In this document: piece after piece, positions 11,149 to 25,747 of the stretch
Numbering within the stretch: position 1 is the stretch's first letter
How the letters are laid out: every line of letters begins with the position of its first letter
Assembly: GCF_003704095.1 (NCBI RefSeq)
Contig: NW_020847248.1
Span: 1,054,001 to 1,118,000, forward strand
Reading direction: 5' to 3'
Length of the DNA: 64,000 nt
Source of the DNA: Pocillopora damicornis
Lineage: Eukaryota
Translations under genes and position numbers: made by a program
Notes under the pieces: model-generated
Seen by the model: only the letters and a program-made list of their open reading frames with translations
Databases searched by the model: none
Told to the model about the DNA's origin: nothing

Positions 11149-14100
11149 CTGAGTACGTCATAAAACTGAAAATTCGTCACATTTTGTTACTATTCACCTG
11201 GTACAACACAGCTGATATATGTTGTCCTAGAAAAAAAAAATCATATGTCAAAAGAGGTCCGCTGTGTGTACTTGTGTCTGTTACAGCTTTTAATATTACA
11301 TTACTTCATTAATTTTGTTGGATAGAAACTTTACAAAATAAAACATTCACCTTAATGTGAGATGTAAGAACACAAATGAATTATGAAGATTACAATCACT
11401 AGTACTGCCTCAGATGCATAAATTAACATTGACAAAAGCTTTAGGTAAGAATCTTAGGAACCAATGTCAGAGCAGGTATTTAGCATTGAGGAGAAATTAC
11501 AATAATAATGAATTTAGTGTTGTAACTAACTACTTGTTCTTGTATCATAGTTATTGATGCTTTGTCAACAAAGCGATAAATGATAATTGTTAAACTAAGA
11601 ATAAAACCGTTCAACCAGGTGACCGCTTGATAAGTTTTATATCCTTTGCCCTCTATAACTTGTAAGGCATTAAGAAAATTATCATAACCAACCTGGGCCA
11701 AAACAGCTTCCCTCCCCTCCCCTCGCCCAAACTTAAACAATGCGAAATGAACTATTATACCATGCCAGACCTAAGTTAGAAGGGAATTAGAACCGAATCG
11801 TGCTATAGAAAACATTTTCAGTGTCTCTACGGAAAAAATTAACCCATCTCATAGCAGTCTGTAATCGGTAACCTGCTGGTACTTCAAGAAATTGAGGGGG
11901 TAGTTTGCAAGAGAAACTTCTATTGATTTTTTATACTTTGTCCAAAGGCCCACATCTGACGCATTGATGTTTCATAGAATCTTTATTATTATCGTTTTAA
12001 ATTTTTCAAATTTAGGTCTTCCAAAGAGGTAGCTAGCAAACGGTACTTTACAAGTCTGAAATGGAAATGTTCTCTGTATCAAGCACAGAACCGTTATTTG
12101 TACCAATCTCGACAATCTTAGAAAAGAGTTTATTTGTTAGAGCAGGTTTCTCGTCGCTTAGAAAACGTCCATTCGACAGCATTTGTGAAATGTTTCTAAA
12201 TAATTAAAAAGACGTGAAGGAGAAAAGGCTTAGGCAAAATTAAATCGCATTTTCGGGGAAAGTAGGGTAGAAAATCGTTTGAATCAAGTTGTGATAAAAT
12301 TTGTCGAAACTTATTTTCTCTCTAGAAAAAGTTGAAAAGCACAATGAAGAGCAAAAGACCGAAAAAATCATATAAAAGACAGTATTAAGTTACCGTAGAA
12401 TAAACTTGATATTCAGCTGTTTAAAGTGTCTTGGGATCTTTATGTAAATTTCTGATACAACAAACATTGTCAAAAGACCCTCCTAGCGAGATTGCTCGCT
12501 CGATTGAGATAGCGTGTAATTAATCGCGTAAAATTAAGAGGTAGTTGAGGAAAAAAAAACACGTAAACGTTGTTTTCTTTATTTAAGAAGAAACTTTCGG
12601 ATCCGAAGCTCCAGGTTTTTATTCGTTTGTTCATAACTAAATCAGTTTGTTTAAAGCAACATATTTAGTTGATCCTATCAAATTCTGCGGGTGGTCTGAT
12701 CTGCAATTCATGTTATTCTTCGCCGACTGACGTTGTTGATCCCCGCTCAGCGATACAAATAGAAGCTTCTTTGCCAAGGTAAGTTGCCTTACATTGAGTT
12801 TTTTGAAAAGTATCATATGCAGAATGTTCAGAAAAAAACTACATACTTTATTTCGGCTGTTTTAAAGGTGGACATAGGTCAGACGGGTATCCTTCAACAT
12901 GAAATTTAGGGTTTGAACCGATGCTCATTGGTCTCCAATGTGTATTCATTTTATAAATATGATGATATTTCTGACTGTGAAGCCTGATGAGAAATGGCAA
13001 CAGTTTTGCTTGACATCTATGTAAGCATTTTTTCATGATGCTTTCTCTAAAATCTAACCAAAAAAAAATTCGAATCAAGGTCGTTAAGCCAAAATTAACG
13101 CCTTGGAGATCCGTAATGAGTTCTTGTCGGTTCGGAATCGTGCCTCGTCAAAACCCAACGCAAAAGTGGTGTGAACAGCGCATAAAGTTTCTTAAATTAT
13201 ACCTTACATTAGACTAGACTCCTGAGAATTAGCTGAGCATTTTTCCTTTTATATTGTGACTATTTTTTTCCTTTGATTGTTCCATCCACTGGAATATACA
13301 TCGGACCTGCCTTATTCTATGAATCATTCATCTCTCTTGAAAGAAACATATACACATTAATTTCTAGACAGGTCATATTTTTTCACAGCTTATTGAATCT
13401 CTATAAGAAATTATCTTTGGCCGCTATCTTCAATCCTCAGCTAAAATTCTTGTCTCGTTAATTCCTTAGCATTTACTTTAAACTTTCATTGAATGTTCTA
13501 CATTTACTACATCCCTTCACATTTAATCAACAAATAGTATATGAAAGAGTCTGTAATTTTTGAAAGAAAGAGTGTGAAGGCAACATAACCTCCAAGACTT
13601 TACAAAGAAGTTCGACGCCATTAAGTTACATTACTTTACAGACTTATCAATATTCGAAAAGAAGAACAAAACTGGTAAAAGCATCCGTTACTGTGTCGAT
13701 AGACCCCATGTCGATCGATTTGAAAGCTCCGCTGTGACTGGGTAATGGCTTTATAAAACACACATGCTTTCTATTTTCATCAAAATTTTACACAAATTAA
13801 CCCATTTTATGTTTAACATTAAGTTTCAAGTATGTTCGGAGCTGAAGTTTAGTGATAAGAATTTATCTTTCAATGTTCTCTAACACGAGTCTTTTTATAA
13901 AATAGTCCACACTCTATATAAACGCACGTGTTACGTAATAGATTTAATAAAAATTAGACTTGCAAATTGAAGGCTTGAGTCTCCACCAAATAGCTTTCAC
14001 AGAATACCTTCTTGTTAATGAAGGGTGGTGACTTGTATCAAAGTTTACGTGGTGTCAAAACAGATATATTCCTTATAATTAGGCTAATCATAGAATAGAG

Positions 14101-15195
14101 GTAAGACCTATGTAATCACTCTCTATTTGTTTAAGAGCTTAAATGGAATGATGTTCCAGCCGATGTTAATCATCTCTGGAGTCATCAGTTCTGCGGAGAA
14201 CAAAAAAAGGAAACATGGTTTTCTTGACCTTCAAGTTCATTTGCGTCGTGGATTTGGCCAACCTTTAATTCTAAGTAGAGAATTAATTACAAAGATTTGA
14301 TCTTCACGAGTTAAGACCTCAAAATAACAGCTTTTCGAGCGGAATTATCATCCACCAACGCAGGCGTTTAGAGCACCGCAACTAACGTCACCAAACACTC
14401 AATGATATACCTTACGGTTATTTTTTACCATAATACCAATTGTCTGTGTAATTTCTCATTGTCCGTTATCTCTGAGGCAAGTACCTTGAGCCATGTTTAC
14501 ATTTTTTTATAAAAGAACGGGAAGTTTTTCCCGAAGACGTTTTCCTTGTGCTTGACTCATATTTCAGTAACTGAATGAAACCTAAGACAAAAGAGGATCT
14601 GATGACCTTCCAGTCGGTAGTTGTTTAACCATTGACTTTAAAATGAAACATTAGAAGGACCACAGATCTTACGGGATTGTTTGCATTAATGTGACAGTCG
14701 TCAATTTGGCGTTATTTGAAACAGCGAATAATAGTTATGTATTATAATTGCACTATCCTTAGATGACGACAATGAGAGTCACTTACAAACAACAGGTGCA
14801 AGTTACTTAAATGTATAAGTTTTGTCCCCTGAACGAGTCTTGAGTAGAAGCATCATTTTTGAGCCATTCACGCCATTTTTGAACCATGTTTGGTAGCCAA
14901 AAGATCCCATGTCATGAACGAGCGTGAGACAAAGACGATATCATGGCGACTTGTGTTATTCAGAGATGGTAATTCGTGGTTATTTATTTCGTACAGATCG
15001 AAGCAAGTTCATTTCTATTGAGACGAAACGTTACACTGGAGTAACCAGCAAGTTTTATTGAAGGACAAGTCACAGATTAAGGTAACTGATCAAAATTATA
15101 TTCGGGATCACCGCCGTTTTAAATGTCACTTCCCTTTATACAACCGTTTTTTTACCTTCCTTTAGGCAAAGAACTATCCTATCAAAATATTTCAT

Positions 15196-15298
15196 CCAAT
15201 CGCTCTGGCGAAGGGCTAACACTCGAAATGCCAGCTTTTAAACTCCTAACGGTGGCCAATTTACGTTTTCAACTCAGTTCAGAACACTAAATCACCCT
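15196..15298 (+). mobile_element. Hammerhead-ribozyme-bearing short repeat, degenerate core
   Basis: gctCTGGCGAagggctaacactcGAAAtgccagc followed by the family tail acggtggccaatttacg..tcaactcagtt. Same family as 31351 and 41232. Confidence 0.7.
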
Positions 15299-16014
15299 CA
15301 AAATATTTTAGTTTGGTCCTTTCAGGCTCACTTTGACACGCCACTGACTTTATGAACATATAGCTGAAGTAGATTATTTCAATATTTCAAAGTGTCCGGT
15401 TTGCCACCTTTGGTAAAGCTAGATTATGAAGCAAAAGTAGAATTTGTGAAAATAACACTCATGACTGGTAATTGAAAAAGAAGAAATAGGTGAAAAAAAA
15501 ACAGCTATTGTATTACTGACAACTATCTGTCTGTTTGTTCTTTACATTTCCATGTTCATATTAAAAACCGAATTAATGAGGCGAGGAAGAAGAAACTCAA
15601 TTATTGGATTTGATTATGAAGACACTTTTGCTGGACCACATAGAAGCTAAATAAAAGCACGGATAGGTTTAGTAGATGCTATAGAATTATCAACCTACCA
15701 GTAATCTACCTCAAAATGTTAGAAAAAGTGAGAATATTTTCTCCGTTGTTTGGTGTTCTGCTGCTCAACCAGAAAACTGCACAAATTTGTTCTCAAAAGG
15801 CATTATAGCAAATCATCTCATACCTCAAAATTTTCTCCTCGCAAAACACTCAAAAGAAGTCCCGAAATCAGTGCTCGCATAGTTTTCATCCTACACGGCA
15901 GGTTACCAAATAAACAGGGAAGACTGTAAGCACTTTGACCCTGCTCCTAAATCAAGATATCGTTTTCATTATTTTGTCTTATTCTCTGTTTAGAGTAAAG
16001 ACACTTCTTGACTT

Positions 16015-16956
16015 ATGGATCAATACCAGTTCAACCTGTTTAACCAAACGTGCTGGAACTGTTCCACTAGTTTACCTGAACAAACAACTCCGGGATATAC
16101 TCGAGCCAGTGAACTCTTAACTAAAAATGAAGCGATCATTCTCTCCATAATCTGCGCCTTGGCCAGTGTGATTGGAACCTTTGGAAACTCTCTCGTCCTT
16201 CTTGCCGTGCCCAGCAACAAAAATCTTCGCACGATCCCCGATCTTTTCATCACAAACCTAGCGTTCTCAGACTTCACAGTCTGTGCAATTTTTTTACCCA
16301 TGTTTGTATACGACTTCAATCAAAACGTGGGTGAAAAATCGGAAGCCGAACTAGAAAACTTCGACCAGGTGAAAAGTTTCTTGGGGCATACCTCCATGGT
16401 TGCATCCGCCACTAATATGTTTGCGGTGACAGTTGATCGCGTCACTGCAATCAGATTCCCATTCAGGTACGCATTCATGGCGACCAAACATGCATTAGCA
16501 GGTATTCTGGTTGTCTGGATAATTTCTATCACATTCGGTGTCCTTTACGCTCCTAATTTGGTGTCCAGAATGTACATTGCCCTCTACTGCTCAGCTTTAT
16601 TGATCACAACAATGATCATGTATGTCTACATCTTCATTGCCGCTAAACGCCAGGAAAACAGAATTCATAGCATGCAGATGGGAACAGATGGCGTCTTAGT
16701 AGAAAAGAAGGTAGCTAAGACCATTTTCACGGTGGTCGGAGTGTATGCGTTGTGTTGGTTACCTTTGCTCATGCTTCCAGCCATCATCGATTTTGAATCA
16801 AAACCAGATCAGTTTAAGAAAGGCTTCAACTGGGCTCAGTCAGCGCTCGCTTGTAATTCAGCCATAAATCCCTTCATTTATTGCCTGAGATGCACGAAAT
16901 ATCGCACAGCGTTTGGCAAAATACTGCGAATACAAAGGTGGATCGTTCGGCAGTAA
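16015..16956 (+). CDS. Class A (rhodopsin-like) orphan GPCR, paralogue 1, 313 aa
   Basis: Seven hydrophobic segments. Motifs GN (TM1), LAFSD, DRV, CWLP, NSAINPFIY. Splice acceptor just upstream (tctgtttag, ~15993). Confidence 0.93.
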   Translation: MDQYQFNLFNQTCWNCSTSLPEQTTPGYTRASELLTKNEAIILSIICALASVIGTFGNSLVLLAVPSNKNLRTIPDLFITNLAFSDFTVCAIFLPMFVYDFNQNVGEKSEAELENFDQVKSFLGHTSMVASATNMFAVTVDRVTAIRFPFRYAFMATKHALAGILVVWIISITFGVLYAPNLVSRMYIALYCSALLITTMIMYVYIFIAAKRQENRIHSMQMGTDGVLVEKKVAKTIFTVVGVYALCWLPLLMLPAIIDFESKPDQFKKGFNWAQSALACNSAINPFIYCLRCTKYRTAFGKILRIQRWIVRQ

Positions 16957-18000
16957 TCACTGAGCCCAATCACTCGAAATGACATTTGACAATAATAGAT
17001 TAGTGAGACGGTTAAGTCGTGTGTAGGTGAAAGGAGGAGAAAATGAAAGAGGGGATGTATATTGCAATCGTTCACACCTTCACATCTTCATACCTAACAA
17101 ATATTTTCACGTACCCCTACAAATGTTTTCACAGATTTTTCCAGAGGTGAAAAAATCTCACGAGGAGGTCGATTCCGCGGCTCGTTCAGTGGATCTCACA
17201 GCTTACGATTGCATGACGGCTGCCTTCTTTTATAAATGACTATTTCACAACATTTTATCCTTTTTTCCATCGGCTCAAATTGCAGAGCCAGATTAAAGTT
17301 GTAATGTACTGACTTTGTCATTTATGCAACTACTTTGTTTCTATTTATAGCTGGCTCGGTACTGTTTTAACAATAGACAATTGATGTCCTTAATGCACTA
17401 TAAAAAGTACAGGTGTAATACGTAAAATCGGAAAACTAACCAAATCGCGAGTATCAAATGATACAAAGAATGTGGCAAAGACTTCTGGATTTCTCCGGTT
17501 GCTTTCTCGACTAGTTACACTGATTCAACGAGATTACGTACTTCATCAACCAAAACGTAACTTAATTTTCATACAGCAACTTCTGCTTACTTAGGCAGTC
17601 TTTTCCTTTTGGAAAAAACTGCAATGACAATAGCGTACAGTAATTTCAGTGAACTTTCAAAAGGAAATGAAGTGTTCATTCTCTCGTTGATCGGCTTCTA
17701 GGCGTGTATGATCGCACGAGTGGAAAATCTTCAGTTGTACTCGCCTGCAAAACAAAACGTTTCGTACGATACCCAACCTTCTCTTTAGAGACCTGGCTCT
17801 TTATGGCTATTATAGGGAGGAGGTTTGACATACGAACCAAAGGAAACATTTTGAATCCTCATAGTCGCCTTTCGGTAATTTTCCTGATCCACACGGCTTA
17901 TAAACAAAGCAAAGAGGGGTGTGGCAAATAACTTATGTCAAAATTCACGCCTCTTATATGGCGCAAGAGAATATTCTCTTGACGGCGTCAGAGTCAGTCA

Positions 18001-18100
18001 ACTCTGATGATGACTTCCGTTCAGGTTGTCGATACACCACGAACGACCACAGTCCTTTTCAAGTCTCCCCTGACTCAAACAATTAGACTTAACGATCTAA
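18001..18100 (+). mobile_element. Hammerhead-bearing repeat, second family, degenerate
   Basis: actCTGATGAtgac-ttccgttcaggtt-gtcGATAc: the GAAA box is mutated and stem II gac/gtc is retained. Confidence 0.6.
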
Positions 18101-19494
18101 CAAAATTCGAGTTATGTTTTAGGCCAAAAATTCCAAAAAAATCTATGTTTGAGTGCATTAGTGGTTTGAGGCATTCGCTTGTCTATCAAATTGTGACGAC
18201 ACGAATTGAACACGAGAAGATTGAACCCTGTGATACTCAGCAATAAATCATCTCCTTGTCAGCTGCGCATCTGAATAATTTAACGTCAAAAAAATAAACA
18301 ACATATCCAGTTTAGTTTTAAAGCTGAGGGATTGCTTAACCCTGTAGGTTCTACATGGTACAATAAGAATGTAAACACACAAACCGAGGGAAGATAGATC
18401 CCCTGTGAATGACAGAAGTAGATCATAATTTTGTTACTTGGGCTCCATAATAAAACATTGGCCGAAAATTCAACATTACACCGAATTTAATTTTAATTTG
18501 ATTACATAGGTTTGTATCTTCTATAAGACAGAGAAAGGGGCCGAAACCATTTATGAGCCTTGTTAAAGTAAAAATGTCACTACTGTATACATCACTTTGT
18601 TGTCAGCAGCTGCTCGCAAACTTGGTATTAACTTATTATCCTGTTCGCAAAACACGCCATTAACTCACTCTTATTGCTAAACAAAACAGTCCGTTGGTTT
18701 TCCGTTTTCTTTCAAATAATAAAAAAAAAAAAACCTAAAAACCCTTGGAACCTTCAAACTCCGTGAGAAGCTGTTAGAGGATAAATCATGATTTTCGCCT
18801 TGCACTTAGTGAAACCAATTTTATCTGAAATGGTGAACAATGTTATTAAAAAAGCCATCAAATAAATTCTGCCAATAACAGCTAGAATTAATATCGGCCT
18901 GAGCTAACACAATGTGCAGCTGCAACGTGGTGATATGGTTAATTCTGCATATTTTTGTTTGTGCTACATGACAAGTAGTCGTTGAACAAGAGTGCGATTC
19001 CAGTTATCGATAGATGCAAAAGGCGAGTTGTTAAATTGATGAGATGAATATTTCGCTATCTTTCAGCTAAGACCGGGAACTTCGCTAAATAAGATTCTAT
19101 CTCTGATGGCGAGGGAATTATAGTTGCCGTTGTTATTTTTCGACCGATCGGTTTTTTTTTTTTTTTTTTTTAGTTTTTTCCAATTTACTTAAACGTAAAA
19201 GAATAGAGATGTTGTTTATTGACTGAAAGAAACAGAAAAGACTACGAAACATTTGCCGAGGTAAGTTAATTTCGAGTTCGTCTTTGGGAACCTTTTTCAA
19301 GGGGATGCATCAGTTTTAGGACCGATGCAGTTGTAAACTGTGAACGAAGATAGAATAGGAATGTAAATTTTTTTTTCGTCATGCATGTGTGTAGTGTTTT
19401 CAGATGCAGAAAAATGTCTCTCTTTTACGTTATTTGGAGACCAATGATTTTCACTGCTAATGGAAATATATGTTCGATCGAGTAAATCAATAAT

Positions 19495-19860
19495 TACTTG
19501 AACTTTTCTTAGACACGGTATATTTGCCATTTGACAGTGCCACATGGGATATTGTGCTTTGCTCGATGTCTTTTTCCATGGTTTCGTAGTTTAGAAAATT
19601 TTTTCCTTTTTTGCGATTCAGGAACTTTCGTTTCGGGTGGGAACATAGGAACCGTAAAGGAATCTAAATTTATCACTTGAACTTTTCTTAGACACAGTAC
19701 GAGTGTATTTGCCAATTGACACTACCACAGGGGCTATTGTACTTTGCTCAATGTCTTTCTCCCTGGTTTCGTGGTTTAGAATATATTTTCCTCTTTTTGC
19801 GATTCAGAAACTTTCGTTTCAGGTGGGAACATAGGAACCGTAAAGGAATCTAAATTTATC
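19495..19860. repeat. Direct tandem duplication, 2 x ~180 bp
   Basis: acttgaacttttcttagacac...ggaacataggaaccgtaaaggaatctaaatttatc occurs at ~19495-19673 and ~19675-19860. Confidence 0.9.
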
Positions 19861-21110
19861 GAACAGGCTTAGAAAAATTGAGAAAAAAACGGAAAAAAAT
19901 ACGGAAAAGGTTATCATAAATTTTAATTAATTATTTATGATACACAGACCGCAGCTACTAAGGTACAGCTCTTAAAGAAGGACCAGGGGTCTTTACACAA
20001 AGAACCATTCCCTTGTTTTTTCAAGGCCCGATAAATAAAAAATAACCGCCTGAAAAAAAAATTGGCAACACATGTGATTCAGAAGCTTTAACGCATCAAA
20101 AGGGAGGTTGGGCTTACTAAATATTCTAATTCATAGACTAGAGACTTCAGTAAGATCGATTGAATCCTCTTCTTCGGAAAGGCTCTATGAGTAACATTAT
20201 ACAGCAACGCCGGAGAGAAAGTTCACGATATAAGCATTGTAATGTATATTCCGGTTAAGGTGGCCCAAGATAGGTAAAGGGGCTCAGATTTCTTTGTTCA
20301 AAATGACATTAGGGCATGCACACACGAGCTCGGTGGAAATCTAGTCTGATTATCATTTCAAGTAATTATCAAATGTTTCTAACACTGTTTGTTTATGCAT
20401 ACGCATTATGTTTGGATATCAACAAGCCAGATGAATGTTCGATATGAAATCATTCAAACATGGAGGGCTAATCAACCCCCACCGTATTTAATATGAAAAG
20501 GATTTGAAAAATCTTAATATACAACAATTTTTTTTTTTTAAGAATGCAACGAGGATAACATTCTGAATTTTAAAGAAACTGTTTCAAGAATCGATAAAAT
20601 GAGACGAAACATACGGCAGCCTTAAAAACTCTCATTACTTACAAAGTGAGCAATAATCTTTATATATCATAATGAAATGTTTTTTAAATTGTTTGATCCC
20701 CAAAAAGAGATATATAGTATTGTAGTTTAACGACTTCCAAAATTGATTTCAGTTTTGTTATTAGAACTGGTTATCTTTTAATTATTTTTAGCTCTGAATT
20801 TGGCTATGATAATACAATCGATAAACTTAATATTTTTTTGTCTAACCAAACCAGGATTACGACCTATAACAGATCGTGCGGACCGAAATCAAATTAAATC
20901 GGACCGTGAACAAAGTAGCAGTGTAACAAATCTGTGGGAAAAAATTAATACAAAGCGTATAGCAAAGTCTGCTGTTTTGCCATGTCATAGCTCGTTACTT
21001 TGTTTGTTTTTTTCTTTGAACGGAATGACTTCGTAAACTGCTGCGAGTCTCACCAATTTTTTAACCATTTCTTGGCTAATATTTTTTCCGTTTTGTAGAG
21101 CGATCGGCGA

Positions 21111-22052
21111 ATGGCGGTGACACTTTTTAACCAGACCTGTTGGAATTGTTCAAACATTCTTCCCTATTTGAAAACAACTGCAACGACAAAAGGTTACACT
21201 AACATCAGTGAATTCTTAACGAGAGATTCAGCGGTCATTCTCTCGATAATCAGCTCTTTGGCGTGTATGATAGGATGCCTTGGAAACTCTTTGGTCATGC
21301 TCGTCGTACAACGAAATAAAACTTTTCGCACGATACCCGACCTTTTCATCACAAGCTTGGCTGTCTCCGACTTCTTCGTGTGCGCACTTTATTTACCGTT
21401 GCGTATTTACTACTTCTTTCATACCATCAGCGAAAGTGAGGGCAAATCCAAAGCTTTCGACTACGCCATGAGTTTCCTTGGGCATACTTCCATGGTAGCT
21501 TCCGCTTCAAACATGTTTGCGGTCACAATTGATCGCATCATTGCAATCAGATTCCCATTCAAGTACGTTTTCATGACAGCCAAACATGCTGTAGTTCAAA
21601 TACTGCTTGTGTGGATAGTCTCTCTTGCATTCGGTGTCTTGTACGCTCCTCTCTTGGTGTCCAATATGTACATCGCCCTTTATTGTTCAGTTCTTCTGAT
21701 AACAACAATGCTCATGTACATCTACATTTTCATCATTGCAAAACGAGCAGAAAACAGGATACAGAACGCTCAGTCAACATTGGAAAGGACTGTGTCTGAG
21801 AAAAAAGTAGCCAAAACCGTTTTCACAGTCGTGGGGGCCTATAATTTGTGTTGGCTGCCTATGCTTCTTCTCCCAGCAATTGCCAACCCTTCAACGAACC
21901 CAGTTCAGTTTGGTAAAGGATTTTTTTGGGCTCAAACCCTTCTGGTCTGCAATTCAGCAATTAATCCTTACATTTACTGTATGAGAAGCAAGAAATATCG
22001 TGCGGCATTTGGTAAAATACTGCACATTCAGCTTTGCATTGGTCATGAATAA
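21111..22052 (+). CDS. Class A orphan GPCR, paralogue 2, 313 aa
   Basis: Motifs GNS, LAVSD, DRI, CWLP, NSAINPYIY. Colinear with 16015-16956. Acceptor ttttgtag upstream. Confidence 0.93.
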   Translation: MAVTLFNQTCWNCSNILPYLKTTATTKGYTNISEFLTRDSAVILSIISSLACMIGCLGNSLVMLVVQRNKTFRTIPDLFITSLAVSDFFVCALYLPLRIYYFFHTISESEGKSKAFDYAMSFLGHTSMVASASNMFAVTIDRIIAIRFPFKYVFMTAKHAVVQILLVWIVSLAFGVLYAPLLVSNMYIALYCSVLLITTMLMYIYIFIIAKRAENRIQNAQSTLERTVSEKKVAKTVFTVVGAYNLCWLPMLLLPAIANPSTNPVQFGKGFFWAQTLLVCNSAINPYIYCMRSKKYRAAFGKILHIQLCIGHE

Positions 22053-22257
22053 TGGATGTAATAACAAAACGTACAAAATTAATCATAACTTTAAGTCAAC
22101 TACTTCACCATCTATCTGCCATCAGAGATGAGTGGATATTTCTTGCTTGAACAAAATGATGAAAAATAGATCTTAAAAAATAGCCTACGCCACATGTACA
22201 GGCAAAGCGTAAGAGCTTTTCAGCAAAGCGAATAAGAGTATTTTCTTCATTAATAGG

Positions 22258-22425
22258 AGGGTCTCAATGGGGTTAGCCGTAAAACAGCCAAAACGTGTAG
22301 TCTTTAGGCGTAAAACTTGATAAACTTAGTCGTAAAAAAGTTAACCGTTAAAAATTTTCATGCCTTCAATGCAATTTTGGGTGAATTGTTAGCTGTAAAA
22401 ATGGCCACAATTTTGAACCGTTAGC
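22258..22425 (+). repeat. MITE-like repeat fragment (family also at ~2620-2726 and ~24590-24774)
   Basis: Terminus gagggtctcaatgggg here, versus cccactgagaccctc (2713-2727) and ccattaagaccctc (24761-24774). Internal ccgtaaaa/gttagccg repeats. Confidence 0.6.
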
Positions 22426-25400
22426 GGCTGGCTCTTCCTGTAAACAAGATCATGTCACAGCTGATAAATTAATTGTAAACCAAGCGGAATTATAATTTTG
22501 AAACAGCAGTGCAATTAACTGGTTGAAATTTATTCAGCAACAAGGTCATATGATTAAAAAGCGTGAAGTTGGGAAAAATCTAAGGGAGATCTTCCGAGAC
22601 CGCCCCCGAGAGCTGTTTAACGAGATTCCCCATAACACAAATATAATTCTAGCGATTCAGCCATGCCAATCCCATATTTTAAATCGCACTCGTTTGTTCA
22701 ATACGCTTGAGAGAATCTTTCGACGGCAAAAGGGAATGTTTGGTTTTTGAGAGCTTTGATTATAGCCGGTCAGAGTTGGTAATTGAAACGAGGTCTAATT
22801 TAGGTCACGGTTTTTGACGATTAATGGACTTCTTAAGTTCCTCATAAGTGAGGTTTTTGAAGTAATAGGATATTTCTTTCAGCGCTAATTGAAATAGAAG
22901 CCCTTTTAAAAATTTCGCATAAACTTAACGTTTAGGTTATATTTTCCGCTTCATCTAAGATTGTTTAGAGCACGGTTTGGGTGAATATGGGAAAAAAAAT
23001 TTTTAATAACCGGCCTTTAGGGTTTAGGAAAAATATATCCAACCACCATAAAAAAAAAGTTCAAAAACTGTGAAAATTCCATGTTTAAGATGCATTTGTA
23101 TCAAAATGTAAATGTAGAACACTTAAAGTAGTTAAGTGAGGTAAAACAGAGATTAATGATTCTGAAAGAGATCAAAAGCCCAAATGTAATTATAGAAAGC
23201 CGAACTGTTTAAAGTTCGGCGTCATCCTCTCAATATAAACTAAAAACAAATGGTCCACATCTTTTTCTTGAATCCTCTCACTGGGAGGTACTTGTTACCA
23301 TATTTCAGACCGAAAGAAAAGATGAAGAAACAGATTATTATCCTACGCTAGCAATAAATGTAAAATTTTATAACCTTACCAGAATACCGTGGCAATTTCA
23401 AAACTTTACAGCTTTCGTAAAATATAAAAACTCAATTATAAAATATCTCGCAGTGTCCAAGTTCAGCTTCCCTTTTGAAAGAGGTACCCGCCCAGTAAAG
23501 TTTTAGTTTTACAATAAATATGGAAGATAATTACTGGACTCATGTAAATACTGATAACACATTGTGGAAAAATAAAATGTCGACAATATTGAGTTTTAAG
23601 TGAAGAAGGCTGTTATTAGAAGCTTCCTGAGGCAGTCAAAAGTTCTTTGTCGTCTTGAAGAATCCAGTTAATAAATTTTGGTGAAGACATGTCGATGATT
23701 CTTATAAGTTTATATCAATCATCATCCAATAAGCGCATTTACTTCTCCGTTGGCCTTAAAATGATGGGGTTTTACTCGGTAAATAGAAATCTTGGCGGTC
23801 TATTAACATTTGGTACCTTCTTTGCCTGGATTTCGAATAATCGATTAGCCGATTCTTCTATGAAACCGCAACAGGGTTAGCGAATGATTACTACAATTGT
23901 CAGTTCAACAATTGCGATAATTTCCGGTAATTTTCATCTCTGGTAGTTTCAGAGTTCTGAGAAGGGATAAGAGAAGAGTAAAAACAAAATTCTACTCTTC
24001 TGAAGGTTTATGAATCTTAAATGAATTACCTGCAATTTAAAAGTAAATAAACAGCAACACCCTTTTAATAATCTACTCGAACCTTAGCTTTTTTCGTTTC
24101 GTGTTTGTGGTCTATTAGTGTCTCTAAGAGAACTGTTTTCCTATCTTACTGAAGTGATTTTTTTAAAGTCCGTGAAGTCGAAGTTAGTTTTCACAGCTTG
24201 GAAATGACTCCTGAGGTACTGACAAGAAGAATTTGTTTACCAATCAAGAGCTTCTGTGGTTGGTGATCATTTCCGTTATTCTCGTGACCCTAATTTGTGA
24301 TTCAGGGGCGATGAGAGAAGGAGAAAATAGATGCAAGTCACTGTTAAGGGTCAAATTGATTAAGAGTGCAAACGGCTGAAAGGAAGACAGCAAGAGTATT
24401 AACATTTTGCGTCTTCCGTGTTCCGTTGACGTAATAATTTTGAAACTACCCTAATATTAAAAAAAAAGGCCGAATAGTTAATTGAAATCATGGTATCAAG
24501 CAATATTCACGTAGTCCAAAATGATTGACTAATAGTTCCATTATAAGCTTAAGAGCTTTACCTAGGGCCTCAGTTTGATTAATCATTGGAAGAAAAACGA
24601 CATTAAAATTTAGCCGTTAGGCGTAAAAATTGACGAGTTTTAACAGATAGTCTTAAAAAAAAGTTGACCGTAACAATCTTCATTTGAAAAACAATGGAAA
24701 GAAATGGACAGTTAGCCGTAAAATGGCCAAAATTTTAGGGTAGTCGTAAAAGCCATTATTCCATTAAGACCCTCTTTACTTAATGCAGAAGGAGGCGAGA
24801 AAGCACTATTGATGATTTCAAAAATTATATTTTAAAATTTTAAAGTTAAAATTTGCGAATTGTTTTGTAAATAAATATAAATCTACCTTGATTGCCCAAG
24901 CTTAAGAGCTATTATTGATCAAACGTTTGCGAACTTTGCTCTGAGATCGATATCATGTTGTATATTGAACCTTCCGCCATCATCGTGGTAACTTTAAGTG
25001 GCGAGGAGTGCAAATAGATACTCATAAATCGCTTAACACCTTAAGAAGGAGCACAGACAAAACCAGAAATATCGTGAGACGTTTGCGTACAACATAGAAG
25101 CTTAAAAAGAGGTAACATGCTGTCTTACAACTGACCCCTAAACGGCCTTTGTGTCTGTTGATCTGTTTGACATCCTTGTAGTTTTGGTGGTGACGGCCGC
25201 CTATAAAGAGATCGATTTTCAGCACTCAGAGAGATTGAGCCTATTTCGGCGTAAACAATTATCGGTACTTTCTTTTATTTCGTTTTCACTCTTGCTTTTA
25301 TTTTATCTAAAGCAATTTATTAGTTTATTTCCACATATATAGTTACAAATCGTTCAAAAAAATTGCACTCAAAAACTGCAATATGACGACGCCAATTTCA

Positions 25401-25747
25401 CCTGCTCTTTCATTTATTGGACCTCAAACACCAAAAAAGACCATTGGCTCGAGATTTCTATCTCGAAACTTGACATAAACTCTTATTAATGCTTCTGGAA
25501 CAAGTTGCCGAGCTTTGTGTGCTAAAAAAAAGGACTCAAATAGATTGTATCCCTCTTTCCCCCTTTTGCCGCAAATCTAAAATTTTATTTAGGATGCTTT
25601 TAACAATTTAAAGGTAATTCAATCCTGTAATGAAGGTTTTCTTTAGTTACTTTCCGACAAAGCGACCGCTAGGAAATAAAACGGCTGTGACCGCTGTATT
25701 TGCGCTCCAGTTTGCAGGTTGAAGACATTTGAGGTCATCTGAGTAGT

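Noticed and set aside
16020-16532. Antisense ORFs over GPCR and TMEM163 coding regions (also 25735-26037, 29389-29703, 37483-37797)
   Set aside because: Shadow ORFs caused by the codon structure of the sense genes.
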